From Gouania willdenowi (Eukaryota), in contig NC_041060.1 in the NCBI RefSeq assembly GCF_900634775.1, forward strand, positions 14,597,051-14,661,050: 64,000 bases of DNA, read 5' to 3'. Below are positions 51,922 to 63,903 of this stretch, piece after piece; within the stretch, counting starts at the first letter, position 1; the number at the start of each line of letters is the position of its first letter. The translations under genes and the position numbers were made by a program. The notes under the pieces are model-generated. The model was not told the origin of the DNA, searched no databases, and was given only the letters and a program-made list of their open reading frames with translations.

Positions 51922-52914
51922 AAAAACTCATTCTAAGAAAAAGTCTTTGTGGTTGCTGGAAATTCTTTATCAAAATGGGGTGTATATATATCTTATGTTT
52001 ATTATTAATACTGCCATACTTATTTTTATATCTTATTTTGTATATATATCAATATAAAATGCTCTTCATCCCTTCCCTCCTGTTTCTCTCACACACACAC
52101 ACCTATACTATAAAAAATTGTAAATACTGTTCCCTGGATCAATGCTGTCGGGTTTTTTGTTCCTGTGTATTGTCTTGTATGTTGCAAAGCAAAATAAATA
52201 AAAATAAAAAATGAGGTCACGATCCAAAACAGGTTGGGAACCACTGCAGTAAACACTGTTTATTTCCACTTATTTACAAAATGAGATTTAAAATGTGTGT
52301 TATCACTCATTCATTCCATCATTATGCTCTATAGTTGTTTTTAAATAGTTTTCTAAGCAAAATGTTGTCGTCGAACAAAGGAGGTACTTAGATTCAGAAA
52401 AAAGAGAAAGAGGACACTTGAGCCAAAAAAGTGTGATTGTAGGGGACATGACATGTATGGATGGGCTGCGTTCTATGATGCAGTAGTAGAGGAGGTCATC
52501 AAGAGTCAACTCTGTACCATTTTGACACTTTCACATCCTTAAAGAGTAACTAAACCCTAAAACCACTTTTTTCTGCTGAATACAACCGTATTTGGGTATA
52601 AAGTAGTGCTGTTGACTGATTCTGGTCCAACTCTAAACATGTAGTTGTAAAATGTCAGAGTGACTGCCCTCTATGGGTTGAAACCTGGCTGCTACAATAG
52701 ATTTTTGCTAATGGCTGAGAACTTGATGATGTGGCGTTTTGGGACCATCTTGTGTCACAAACAAGCATTGTTAGCCCCGCCTCTTTTATAAAAACTAGCA
52801 CCTCTGGGCTCTACAGTCTGTGGTGAATAGAGAGGTGTCATGAGTAGCTAGTTAGCATAGATTGTTACAAGAGCCCCGCCCATAATCAAGGTATTTTTTT
52901 GAATGGCCAAGGCT

Positions 52915-53340
52915 ATGGATACATTAAACGTATCCATAGACTGCCACTTTATACATACGCAGCGCCCCTCATTGGCCAGTTTAGATCATGTTATAGGTGC
53001 ACCACGTGACTTAACGTTCCGTCAGTTGTATTTTAGCTCAAATTTATTTTCAGCTACCCCGCTAACTCTTTTATTTTAGCCCTATCCGTAACTCTAATCC
53101 TAACCCTAAAATGTTTATTTTTGTCGTATATGTATTTTTAATGGTGGAGTTTGCCATGTTAAGCATGTTAAAATGAAAAAAGGTATGTCAAAAGTGGGAT
53201 TCGAACCCACATTAGCGGAAGGAAGTGGACCATTCGGAAATCCTGAAACGATGAAAACACAGGCACAATTATGTAGAAAAGGTCTGGAAATGTAGCCATA
53301 GTCCAGGGGGCTGTGGCTACATTTAACGTATCTCTAGACA
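52915..53340 (-). repeat. tRNA-derived SINE-like element, uninterrupted copy of the family at 2221..3150
   Basis: Perfect T-arm GTGGGTTCGAATCCCAC on the minus strand; terminal acatttaacgtatc repeats. Confidence 0.5.
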
Positions 53341-53521
53341 CTTTTTGAATTTCCCTCCTTGTGGCAAGTCAGGAGAAAGCAGGAGTTTTGTTATTCTTTA
53401 AGCATACTGGGATTGAATCTTGTGTTTAACCCTATTATTTGGCTAAAGCATGTGCTGTGAAAGGTTCCTCTTAGAATATGGCGGGCCTTCATCACACATC
53501 TCGGCCACAGACCACACGTTC

Positions 53522-54123
53522 TCAATGAGCGTGATCTGCCGTAGAAATGTTCTGCACGGATGAGGCTGAATCCAGTCCTAGCAGAGTGCCGAGGTAGGAC
53601 TGCTCCCGAGGATCCAGTGTCTGCTCAGACCTCATGGGATGCACGTTGTTGTACTTGTCTAAGAAGTTCAGGTCTGCAGCTGCCTGGTAGCCAGCGGTCT
53701 GCTGCTGTCCCTGAGCCTGCATGCTGACAACACCGTGAGTCTGGGTCCTGTGAGTGGTCAAGTCAGTCGGCGCACCTCCCGCTATCTGCACCGGCACCAA
53801 CGTGACGGGGACGGAGGCATCCACAGGAGAGGAGCTGCTCTGGATGCTTGATTTCTCCTCATCTTGGTACGACTCTGAGGCCTCTACAAAGGGAATGGAG
53901 ACTATCTTTTCCTCGTTGAGCGCCGCGATGGGCTGCGTTTCCATAAAGCGGGCGCTGTGTACGTGGTCTACGTGGTACTTTAGCTTGTCCTTTCTTTTGA
54001 AGGTGGAGCTACAGTGGGGGCAGTTGAACGGACGAGCGTCTGAGTGGATCACCATGTGCTTTGTCAGTGTCTTCTTGATCCGAAATGTCTGATGGCACTC
54101 AGGGCATCTGTAGGGTTTCTCAC
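53522..54123 (-). CDS. zbtb41: ZBTB41 terminal coding exon (zinc fingers GEKPYRCPECHQTFRIKKTLTKHMVIHSDARPFNCPHCSSTFKRKDKLKYHVDHVH plus C-terminal tail ...REQSYLGTLLGLDSASSVQNISTADHAH, stop)
   Basis: Acceptor ttgtgtccag on the minus strand in phase with exon 8. The tail matches the conserved ZBTB41 C-terminus. Present only in duplication unit B. Confidence 0.8.
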
Positions 54124-55692
54124 CTGGACACAAGATGTGGGATGATCAAACTATAGGTAATAAAACTCCACAAACATTAGCTTTCCTTAATTAATCATCT
54201 GTGTTCATCAGTGTTTCTCAAACTTTCTCTTATTTCTGAATCCAAGTTCCCCCTTTGTCGGTGATGGATGATTAAGTGATGACATATTTTAAAGAATCTA
54301 ATTTTGTAAATAAGTGGAACAGAACAGTATTTAGTGCCTCCTGAATAGATCTATTTCTATAGTTTGTATCATTTCCTGTCATTCCCACCTGTAGTGGGAC
54401 CATGTCTGACCCTTGTATTTTCAGTTCATGTTCTAATCAAGATCATTTTGTTGTTTGTTCTTTTTATTATTCAGTATATTGTTTTTGTTGTCATTTTTTT
54501 GTTGTTGTTGGTATTATTTAAAGTATTCTATCTCATTGTGTGTGTTTCTGGTGCCGTTTGGTTGTTTATGTCGTTTTGTACGTTTCTCTGTTATTTTTGT
54601 GCATTTTGTTTGTTCTTTTTTTTTATTCAGTATATTTTTTCTCGTATTGTGTTTTTGTTGTCGTTCTGTGAGTTGCTGGTAATATTTTGTGAGATAATCA
54701 TTTTTAATTAAAAATGAACATAATAAAACCCCATATTTTTTATGTTTTCATTTGTTGATTTTTATCGTCGACTACTAAAAACTAAACTATTATTCACAAG
54801 TAACAAAATCCAATCAGAACTCAGTTGCAATTTTGGATCCAATCAAAACGACGTTTGTTATGTGGGAGGCTGCGGGACAAGCCTTAATACAATCCAATAT
54901 CAGGTTGATCAATGCTTATACACAGTACATAAACTATTTATGTAGCAGATTTAGTCGACTAAAATTTTAATGTAATTTAATTGACTAAAACCAGAGGGGG
55001 CAAAAGTTCTAGTCTTCAGAACTCAAGTAAAAGTATAGATAATTGAATAAAAAATGACTATGGTAAAAGTACAAGTATTGAAATTGCTCCTTGACTTGAG
55101 TAAAAGTAAAAAGTACATGCTACTTAATGTACTTCATTAAAAAAGTAAAACAAATATTTCTTCAATAATAAGACAGGGTTTTTAAACCAACAAATTCCAT
55201 ATTTTTTATTTTTTCAAGAACTTTTAGAAAACTGGTCCATGGAAACACCAGGAGAATTTAGCACTCAGATAAAATTTGTAAATAAAATCTATTAAACCTA
55301 GAGCAGTTTAAAGTTGAATATTTCTAAAAACTGGAAAATGTTAACCGTAAAACTAACAGAAAAAAGCTCAAACTACCAAAATTGTGCGTCTTTTTATGTT
55401 GTGGCGTCATCTTCAAAGGTCTTAAAAGTAACGAGCTCATTTTTAAAATGTAAGGAGTAAAAAATTTGTTTAAAAAAGTAAGGAGTAAAAGTAAAAAGAC
55501 TGCCACTAAAACTAAATAAAAATTTGCTGTCAAAATGAACACTGCAACAGAAACAGGGATGAAGAACGCCAGTGATAACATTGGACATAATAGTAAATCA
55601 TTCAAAGTTTTACTCATGAGTGAGTTTCTCCATAAATATGAAATACTACATCTGAAAATTTGAGAATTAATGAAGTTTATTGTTGCCTTACC

Positions 55693-55781
55693 AGAGTGAG
55701 TCCTGAAATGCATTTCCAGACTGGACTTTCCTTTAAATTCTTTCTTGCAAACTTCACATTGATGTATGGCAGTTTTATACC
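55693..55781 (-). CDS. zbtb41: ZBTB41 zinc-finger exon 8 (KYKTAIHQCEVCKKEFKGKSSLEMHFRTHSG)
   Basis: Acceptor ctgtactcag and donor g|gtaagg on the minus strand, phase-consistent with its neighbours. Confidence 0.8.
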
Positions 55782-55906
55782 TGAGTACAGAAGAATAAAA
55801 ATATACACTAAGCACAAAACCAGGTACATTTAACCAGTGCATGCTAATACTGTAAAAAGAAAAAAAATATCAATAATAAAGAAAATGGGAGGAATGTAAA
55901 ACATAC

Positions 55907-56012
55907 TTTTGCCATACTTTCTCCCCTAGATGGACACTTTTGTAGTGAACGGTTAGATGATCCTGGCGCCTGAAACATTTTCCACACTCCTCACACTGGT
56001 GAGCTTTTTCAC
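55907..56012 (-). CDS. zbtb41: ZBTB41 zinc-finger exon 7 (GEKAHQCEECGKCFRRQDHLTVHYKSVHLGEKVWQK)
   Basis: Acceptor cattccag, donor aa|gtatgt; 106 nt, phases 1 in and 2 out, consistent. Confidence 0.8.
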
Positions 56013-56111
56013 CTGGAATGAACAGTGGCTCAGTTTTAATTGAATTGACTTTAACACAAACTTGCTGCAGGAGTCTCACTCTCACTCTCACACACACACA
56101 CACACACCTAC

Positions 56112-56218
56112 CAGAGTGTATTTTCTGATGTTTGGTCAGGTGATCATGGCGGATGAATGTTTTTCCACATTCGTCACACTCATAGCGCTTGTCATCGTGG
56201 TGGACTCTTAGATGGAGT
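56112..56218 (-). CDS. zbtb41: ZBTB41 zinc-finger exon 6 (RLHLRVHHDDKRYECDECGKTFIRHDHLTKHQKIHSG)
   Basis: Acceptor ccccacag, donor g|gtaggt; phase-consistent. Confidence 0.8.
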
Positions 56219-56989
56219 CTGTGGGGAAAAAACAAAAAAAAAGAGTTCAAATGAGAAGAGTATGAAAGTTTATGAATTAAGCAGACATTAGTGATGTTTT
56301 ATTAGAGAAAAATGCAGCACAGAGTGGGAAAACAAGGGTAGTTTGTGATCACACAATTGCACACACACACACACACATACACACACGATTAAAAAAGCAC
56401 ATTTTCATCATGAATGTGTGGGTAGTGACTGAAAATTAAGAATACAGATTTTTTTTTTAATTATAAAAATTATATTTAGTATGTATGTATGCCACCTACA
56501 TGATCCAAGCAATAAATAACAGGTAGCAATCTCTGCTGAGTCTTTACTTCAAAATTCTTTGTTTTTTTTTTTTTACATTTTTTTGTGGAATTTCATGGAA
56601 TTGTTTGAAAGAAATAGCAGAATTTTCGAAAATGTAAATGAAAAGTTCTTTCCAAAATTTGCGAATAATAAAAAAACAAAAAATGACTAGCATTGGGATA
56701 TACAGTATGCTTGTGAATATTGGGACCTTCTGTAAATATGGTGGAGTTTCAAATCCAGAACAGAGCATGGCTTGATCTGGTCACGCAATGAATGATTAAA
56801 ACGAAGGGTAACACTTTACTTGAAGTTTTATACATAAGGCTGACATTACGCTGTCATTATTATAACAAGACATCTGTCATCAGCATGAATAAGGTGTCAT
56901 GAAGGTTGTCATTAAGTGTTGTTTGCTAAATTATGACACCTTTGGAGCTATGTTGGCATTTTTTGGGTTTGGCAAAAAAAATTTGGGTT

Positions 56990-57510
56990 GCCTATCCCTG
57001 TAAGTCAGGGATAGGCAACATTGTCACAGCGGGGGCCACAAAAATGTGATTGTATCTGATCCGAGGGACACAATATCAACATTTAGAGTAATAATTGATC
57101 TGAGCATAAATATTGTCTGTGGTTTTGTCTGTTTTAGTCATTTTGTGTGTTCTCTGTAACTGTGTGTATTTTTCTGTCATTTTCTGCATTTATGTTGTCG
57201 ATTTGTGCATTTTTGGGGTCCTGTCTTTTTGTGTAACTTTGTTGACGTTGTGTGTGTCTTTGAAACTATTCTGTAATGTGTTGTTTTTTTGTGTTTTATG
57301 AGTCATTTTGTGTATTTTTATTTTTTTGTGTGTTTTTCTGTACTTTGTGTATTTTGGGAGTTATTTTGTGTATTATGTTAGGCTTTATAATCCTTCTAAC
57401 TTCTTGATATACAGTTTTTGGGGATTTGTTTTGGAGGCCGCACGAAATTAGACCAAGGGCCACATGTGGGCCACAAGTGGCCCCCGGGGTGCCAGTTGCC
57501 TATGTCTGCG
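56990..57510. repeat. ttgtgt-rich low-complexity block flanked by short inverted repeats (ggataggcaac / gttgcctat ; cgggggccac / gtggccccc); similar blocks lie at 40240-40480 and 54440-54700
   Basis: Direct reading; located in a ZBTB41 intron. Confidence 0.4.
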
Positions 57511-57536
57511 TAAGTTACTCCAATCACTGGACTCAC

Positions 57537-57632
57537 CTGTAGGAGCTTCCGTGACGGAAACTTTGTCCACAAATGCTACAGAGATGAGGCTTCTCTCCAC
57601 TGTGGATCCTCATGTGCTCTCGCAAAGAAGTC
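57537..57632 (-). CDS. zbtb41: ZBTB41 zinc-finger exon 5 ([32 protein letters not shown])
   Basis: Acceptor ctactggtag, donor ag|gtgagt. Confidence 0.8.
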
Positions 57633-57729
57633 CTACCAGTAGGAAACGTGCATTACGGTCATTTTTAGAGCTCAGACATATTAAGAAAATCAGGAGTTCA
57701 TGTTTAAATGACATGGCCCCGAGCCGTAC

Positions 57730-57859
57730 CTTTCCCTTACTGACTTTCCACAAACAAAGCAGGTCCACTTGCGTTTTCCTCCATGTGTGCATTCAATGTG
57801 CCTCTTCCTGTTCCCGCTGTCATTGAACTGACGACCACAGATCTCACAGGGAAAAGGAC
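57730..57859 (-). CDS. zbtb41: ZBTB41 zinc-finger exon 4 (GPFPCEICGRQFNDSGNRKRHIECTHGGKRKWTCFVCGKSVRE)
   Basis: Acceptor ttaattcgtag, donor ag|gtacgg. Confidence 0.8.
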
Positions 57860-57965
57860 CTACGAATTAACACAGAATGCTCTTGTGTTGTGTGTTCATT
57901 ATACGCAGCAGAGAAAGCAAAGCAATGGCACGAGTTAAATTGCATTTTATGGGTTTCTTCCTCAC

Positions 57966-58113
57966 CTAAGTGGTACTTCTCTTGGTGCTTCAGCCTTGCA
58001 AATCTGGACTTGAAGTATTCTTCGCAAAAGTTGCATTTAAATGGTCGATCTTGGGTGTGAAGAATCATGTGCTCCTGCAGGTGAGGTCGGCGAGTGAAGG
58101 TCTTCAAACAAAT
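57966..58113 (-). CDS. zbtb41: ZBTB41 zinc-finger exon 3 (ICLKTFTRRPHLQEHMILHTQDRPFKCNFCEEYFKSRFARLKHQEKYHL); the 5' boundary is uncertain
   Basis: Donor g|gtgagg is clear. The acceptor ttaatag is the only in-frame option because taa/tag stops lie just upstream, but its phase does not fit the best donor of the exon before it, so a small intervening exon may have been missed. Confidence 0.65.
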
Positions 58114-59060
58114 CTATTAAAGAACAGTTATAACTTATCTTATTCAGAGTATTCACATGCTTCATTCAAGCATAATCTTTTAAGTTTTGGGTACATTGAT
58201 GGAAAATAAAGTGTAAATAACTGAACTAAAGATGACTTTTTCCAAATACTGGAGAAAGTTTGCATGGAAACTGAGCATGAGGTAGTTTATCACACACTAC
58301 CAATGTGAAAAATACTCTAAATGCACTAAATGTTAGAGAGGGTGTGGGGAGGAAAACGCTAACTATATACAGGTTAAGAAGGTGCTGTCTAATACCGTTG
58401 ATCTAAATCAAAACCTGAAATTGGAAAATGTATCATTAATAATAAACATGGTGGATATCCCACTCTTTAATGTTTTGTGTGTTACAGCCATGAAGCAGGT
58501 GACAAGGACATGGAAACAACAAACGTCACCAAAATAAACCTTTGGTTGAGAATGGTAGAGCAAACTTTAGATGATGGAAAAATAACATTCAAAAATAGAG
58601 ATAACTTGCAAAAAAATGAATACAATTTACCCTGAAAATAGACTAAGTAGACTATACAATTACAGTATTTTATCAAAAGTCAAAATTACTTTTTATTTAT
58701 CACCAATTCCCCCAATTTGTTTGTTCTGTTCTGTTTTGTTTTATAATTAAAAAAAATAAATGCAGTGTACTTTTGATGACAGTTGCCGGTGAAAATGGCA
58801 TTTCGTTTGTTAATTATTGCAATAAAGTGTATAAAATGTATGTATTTAAAAAAAAAACTGAACTCAGCTTACAGAACATTTCCAGCCTTCACTTTTTCGC
58901 TTGTTCTTGCTGAGAAACTCTTGGATGTTGTCTGGGTGAAATCTATAAAGATATATGATTTAAAGATAAATAAGACACGACAGAAAAACACACAATCCAA
59001 CACTAGCCAGAATTAAATATTGGAGGAGAACATGAAGTGAACGATGAAACGACAATCCAC

Positions 59061-59268
59061 CTCCTGATGTGCTTGATCAGGGTCTTCTTGCTGGCATGCA
59101 GTTTGTTGCAGAAGGGGCATTTGTGCTCCTTCTTCTGGATGGGAGCATTGCTGGCGTGCTTCTTTTTGTGTACGGTCAGGTTGGATTTGGTGGAGTAGCG
59201 CTGCAGACAAATGTCACACTGAAACGGTTTCTCTCCTGTGTGCACTCGAGTATGACTCTCATATTTCC
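59061..59268 (-). CDS. zbtb41: ZBTB41 zinc-finger exon 2 (GKYESHTRVHTGEKPFQCDICLQRYSTKSNLTVHKKKHASNAPIQKKEHKCPFCNKLHASKKTLIKHIRR); the 3' boundary is uncertain
   Basis: Acceptor ttttctatcag is in phase with the BTB exon; candidate donor ag|gtggat. Confidence 0.65.
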
Positions 59269-61324
59269 CTGATAGAAAACAGAGACAGATGTTTCAAGCT
59301 CTTTACTCAATCAAAAATGCATATTAGTGAAGATAAACATGATCCTGGATGACTTTGACTCAGAATGCGATAGGGTAAAAGCTGTGACAGGAACACTAGT
59401 GAGTATTCGGTTATACACAGTTTCATACAATATGGATGCAATATGGATTTCGTCCTGGTGGATCTTCTGGAATTGACCGGGTAGTGAAGTGGGTGAAGAG
59501 ATATTTACTATAATTCTTATCAAACATACGCTGTACAAGCTGTTGGGTGTTTTTTTGGGTTTTTTTACTGTTTAAATTTGTTTTTATGTATTTATTTATA
59601 TTACAAATGATCACCTTCACCAAGGAGGCAATCATTTCACCAGCAGGATTAGGTCAAAAGCACTACATGGATTTTGACGCCCTTTCAACCAAAGATAGAC
59701 CTTAGGCCAGTGTTTTTCAATATATATGGGGGTGCCTGAAATGTCTAGTAATTGATTTTAAAAAATTACTAATTAAAAAAAAACATTTTTGAAATGTTTT
59801 AATTATTCTTTTTCAAATTAAAACAACACAATTTTAAACCACTGAATGTCTATACTTTCACTTTGTCAAATATAAATCTAGTTCAAATAAAATGCAGTAA
59901 AAAAAAAAAAAAACATATTAGAACTGGCATTATTCAGATACCGTATCTGTCACTAATCCTGTGTACTCTGTATTTGTAGAGCAGTATAACAAACTTAATT
60001 CTAAAATTATAAGACTAAAAATACTAAATTCTAGGGGGAAAAAAAAAAACATCTAGGGTCGCCAAGAAATTCTTGATATTAAAATGGGGTGCCAAACCAA
60101 AAAAAGGTTGGGAACCACAACTTTACGCCATGGAAGATCCCATTAAATTTTGGAGGGGATCGATACAATGATTCTGGATCGGTTTCAGAAATTGAAAAAT
60201 CATCTAATCATTGGCAAAATTTCAAAAAATCATATCTCGCTTCGTAATTGATGGATCTTTCTGAAATTTGGCTCAGTTATGTCGGGTTGAATCCTCTACT
60301 CTCTCATCCAGATTGGGTCCACAGATCCATTGTGATATTTTTTAAAAAATGGGGGTGCCAAATGCCATACATTTGGACTATTCTATCATTATTAACAGGG
60401 ATATAAATTTCCTACAAGCCTTTAAAGTGTGAACAATAATGGTAGGGCTGCACAATTAATCTTGATCATCATTTTGGTTACCACGATTAAATTAACCTGA
60501 TTGTTGGCAATATTTACATTTAAAATACGGGCTCTGTACTCTGTAATAATATATTTATTATTAGCCTTTGGTACATTTTAAATTCTTGGGGTAATTATTT
60601 TTAATTATTAATAATTAATTATTTATAATTAAAATTCTGTTTTAACGCTTACTTTTGCATTGTTTGTGTAAAAGTAGTGCAATAAAAACATATTGATAAA
60701 TGATAAATAATAGTGATTATCGTTTTGGCCATTAACTTAACTCTTATCTCCACTCTCCTCAGTTAAAAAAAAAAATTTAAAACATAAATTTTCACATTGC
60801 ACTTTGACAACTCTGGTTTACATTTTTCTATATTTTTATATTCTGCACATTCAATAATCATTTTTAAACTATTGTACATTGCTATTTAACTGGACCCTGG
60901 TCACTCTGAACTTTGCATATTTTACACGTGTACACTATTTTATTCTGTATTTTAAGTTTGTGCATTCATATAACTCTTAATTTTTGCATTGTGTTAAATT
61001 TTTTTCTCCATATATGTGTATTACTAAATTGAGTGTTTGTTGTTGTTGCATGGCCTTGCAGGACAGTCTTTTAAATTTCACTGCACATCTGTATGAGCAT
61101 GTGACAAATAAAAATCTTGAATCTCATAATCGTGCAGCCCTAGATAACGGTACCACGATCAGGATCACTGATGTAGATAACTGGTAGAGGTTTCCACACT
61201 CTTCGTGCGGTTATTATTATATATATAATTCATTTATCTATGTATTTATTTTTTGTTCCCCACCATTATTTTCCAGAAACACTTGCTACCGTGCTAGCTC
61301 TCTGAAACCTTGACATAAACTCAC

Positions 61325-62540
61325 CTGCACGGTCAAAAGTCTTGTCACATTTGGGACACTTTAGCATCTTTTTGCTTGATGTTTGGATGATGACTGGAGC
61401 CAGGCCTTCAGGGTAAACTCGACTCTGGGTGGAGGTTCCAGGCGCAGAAACAACAGGCTCCATCCCTCTCGCACTCTGCGGTTCACTCTTTTCTACTTTT
61501 GAGGAGTGAGTATCATCTACATTGATTAAAGTGTCTGGACAAGGGTTTCCTTCAGTTTCTTCCTCTTCCTCCTGCCCCTCATCCTCATTTCCTACTGCTT
61601 CCTGATGAGAAGGTTTGGAGCTTTCTTTCACATTGGATTTAGGATTCTGGCTTTCAACAGCCAACTCCCCTCTTGTCTCCACGCTGGTTTCCCCTTTATG
61701 TCTATGTGACACAGAAACTTGTTTATCCTTAGAAGTGCTGATTGAGGACTCTGCTTCATCTTTCTTGTACTTTTTCGGCGTTCTCCTGCTACGAACTGAT
61801 CTCCTTGCGCTCGCACTTTTCTGATTGGTCTTCACATCGGCAGAGACCACCGTTCGTATAATATCGTGACACTCAGCTAAATGGTCCTGAAGGTGGTGGT
61901 CAGTGTTAAAACTTAGAGTACACAGGCTGCACATAAGCTCACCTGGGCTTTGGGTATCTGAATAAGCTCCCCGAGGGCCACTGACGGCAACTTCCACATT
62001 TGAATATTGTGTTTTTTTAGCTGCCCCCTGTCCTATGCCTACAGGGTGGACCGCCTCTTCCTCACACAGTAGTTTTAGTATATCTATCATGTCCAGGAAC
62101 CGTGCAGCTTCAGTCAGGGCTGGTAGATAGGACTCTGCAACAGCACACTCAGCGGTGTACAGAAAGGCCAACAGGTGCTGGAACACAGAGTCCTCCACAT
62201 GGTTTAGGGTCACATGTGTAGTTTCTGCAGGGTTCTTGGATAGTTCGGCATGAAAGTAGCTGCTTGCATGAGCCAGCACAACCTTGTGGGCCTTGTAGAC
62301 CTTCCCACCCACTGATACCGACACGTCGCAGAACTTCTGACGAGTCCGGTCCTCGTTAAGGAACTTGAGGAGGTTATTACTGTGATGGGGCATCGTCAGG
62401 TGTCTGACATGTGAGTTGGACGCTTGTGCTGGTGAACGGAATCCCAGTGCAGCTGACGTCTCTTTATTGCCATCACTGCTGCAACTAGGAAACCGTCGGC
62501 CACGTTCAGGACGCAGCACATTAGGGGACTTCTTCTTCAT
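61325..62540 (-). CDS. zbtb41: ZBTB41 first coding exon: start codon, BTB/POZ domain (FCDVSVSVGGKVYKAHKVVLAHASSYFHAELSKNP...FQHLLAFLYTAEC), acidic/Ser-rich linker, first C2H2 finger half (KCPKCDKTFDRAG)
   Basis: ATG at 62538-62540 (MKKKSP...); donor g|gtgagt at 61323-61324 on the minus strand; the BTB consensus is obvious. Confidence 0.85.
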
Positions 62541-63664
62541 TGGTGTCTGGTGACAGGAAACCCTTTCGGGTGCTACGGGGGTGCTGAAACAAAGTGGAGT
62601 CAGTAGTTACTACTGGGTTATGAGTAGGGCTAGACGATATATCAAGATTCAAGATATATCGAGTTTTCTATTCTGGTGAAATAGACAATTACAATATCGC
62701 CAAAATCAATATATATATAATTTTTTTATGGCTTATTTTGCTTTAAAACACTTGTTTTAGGAGTTGCTGATTTCACTACTTCTCAGAACAGCATGAAAAG
62801 CACAGTTTAATAGATTACTGAGTGTGTCCTAAACAAGCCACACTACAGAACTCACTCACACATGCTGTCCTTTGTAGGAGAAAAAAACCAAGTGACACAT
62901 TTTGTGCAGCTGTTTGTTACTAAATGTGCTTGTGCAGCATTTTGCATCCGCAAATTTAACCCTAAATTGTCTTTCTGGTCAGACTTCATTTGAATTGCAA
63001 ATATTGAGATTTATATCGTATCTCGACATTTTGAGAAAAAATATCGAGATATGAGCTTTGGTCCATATCGCCCAACCTTAGTTATGAGTCCGTTTTTGAG
63101 AGATTGTACCAAAAATATTGAGACTTCACTAAAAACTCTTCATTCAGGTTTTCAAATCAAATCAAATCAACTTTTAGCATTAATTACATGAAAGACCTAT
63201 TACCAGGCTCAGTCATACATGAGTGTTTAATTATATCAAAGAATATTGAACAATTCTGTTTGGGTCCATAAGATCACCCAATAAACACTTGTATTATCCT
63301 CAGAGGGACTACGAGAAGGATTTTTTAAGGTGAAAAAGAGGAAACAGAGATGTTGCATCTCAAGGGGCGTTCCATAAATACATTTCAAATAAGTGGCAGT
63401 AATGTGCGACAGAAAACAAACAAAATAGGCACAAAATGGGGTTTGTTTGTTTTTTTCAGAAAAAGAAACTAAATATTAAAAAAAAAAAAAAAAACAAGGC
63501 ATCAACACTAAATAAAACCCAAAGTAACTCATGATCAGAAAACGTAAGTAATAGAAAAAAAAAAGCCTAATTATATGTTTTAGGATTTATTACAAAGAAA
63601 AAGTTACTTACTTCTGCTTTAAAAGACAAAATTAATAAACACGACATACAAACATGACCTAAAT

Positions 63665-63903
63665 CAATGATTCTCAACTGGTGGGTCATGACCCAAAAGT
63701 GGGTTGCGGACAGCTGGTCAAAAGTAAATTAATGCATGATGGAAGAATTTTTTATTTTGTCAGGCATGCTGTGAAATGCATGTTTTAAAAAAGATTATAT
63801 GTATGTTTTTCAACAGCTATTTTTGTAAAAACTAAATTTGGTTGGTTGAATTCTAAAAAAAAAAAAAAGTGGGTCACGATTTAATGACCGTGACAAAATG
63901 CAG
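63665..63903. mobile_element. Second, 3'-truncated copy of the gattctcaactggtgggtc MITE
   Basis: Same 5' TIR and internal motifs as 18744..19026; diverges before the 3' TIR. Confidence 0.5.

Larger units (their letters stand above)
42590..55860 (+). repeat. Tandem segmental duplication unit B (about 13.3 kb): the fuller CFH-like gene copy B plus the ZBTB41 3' exons
   Basis: As for unit A. The A/B junction lies at about 42575-42600, inside the LINE-derived sequence ctgcaagtccagcatcactatcatcc. Confidence 0.85.

Noticed and set aside
53522-54133. Stand-alone 203-aa zinc-finger gene
   Set aside because: It begins at an acceptor site in phase with the upstream finger exon and has no initiator context. 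It is the terminal exon of ZBTB41.
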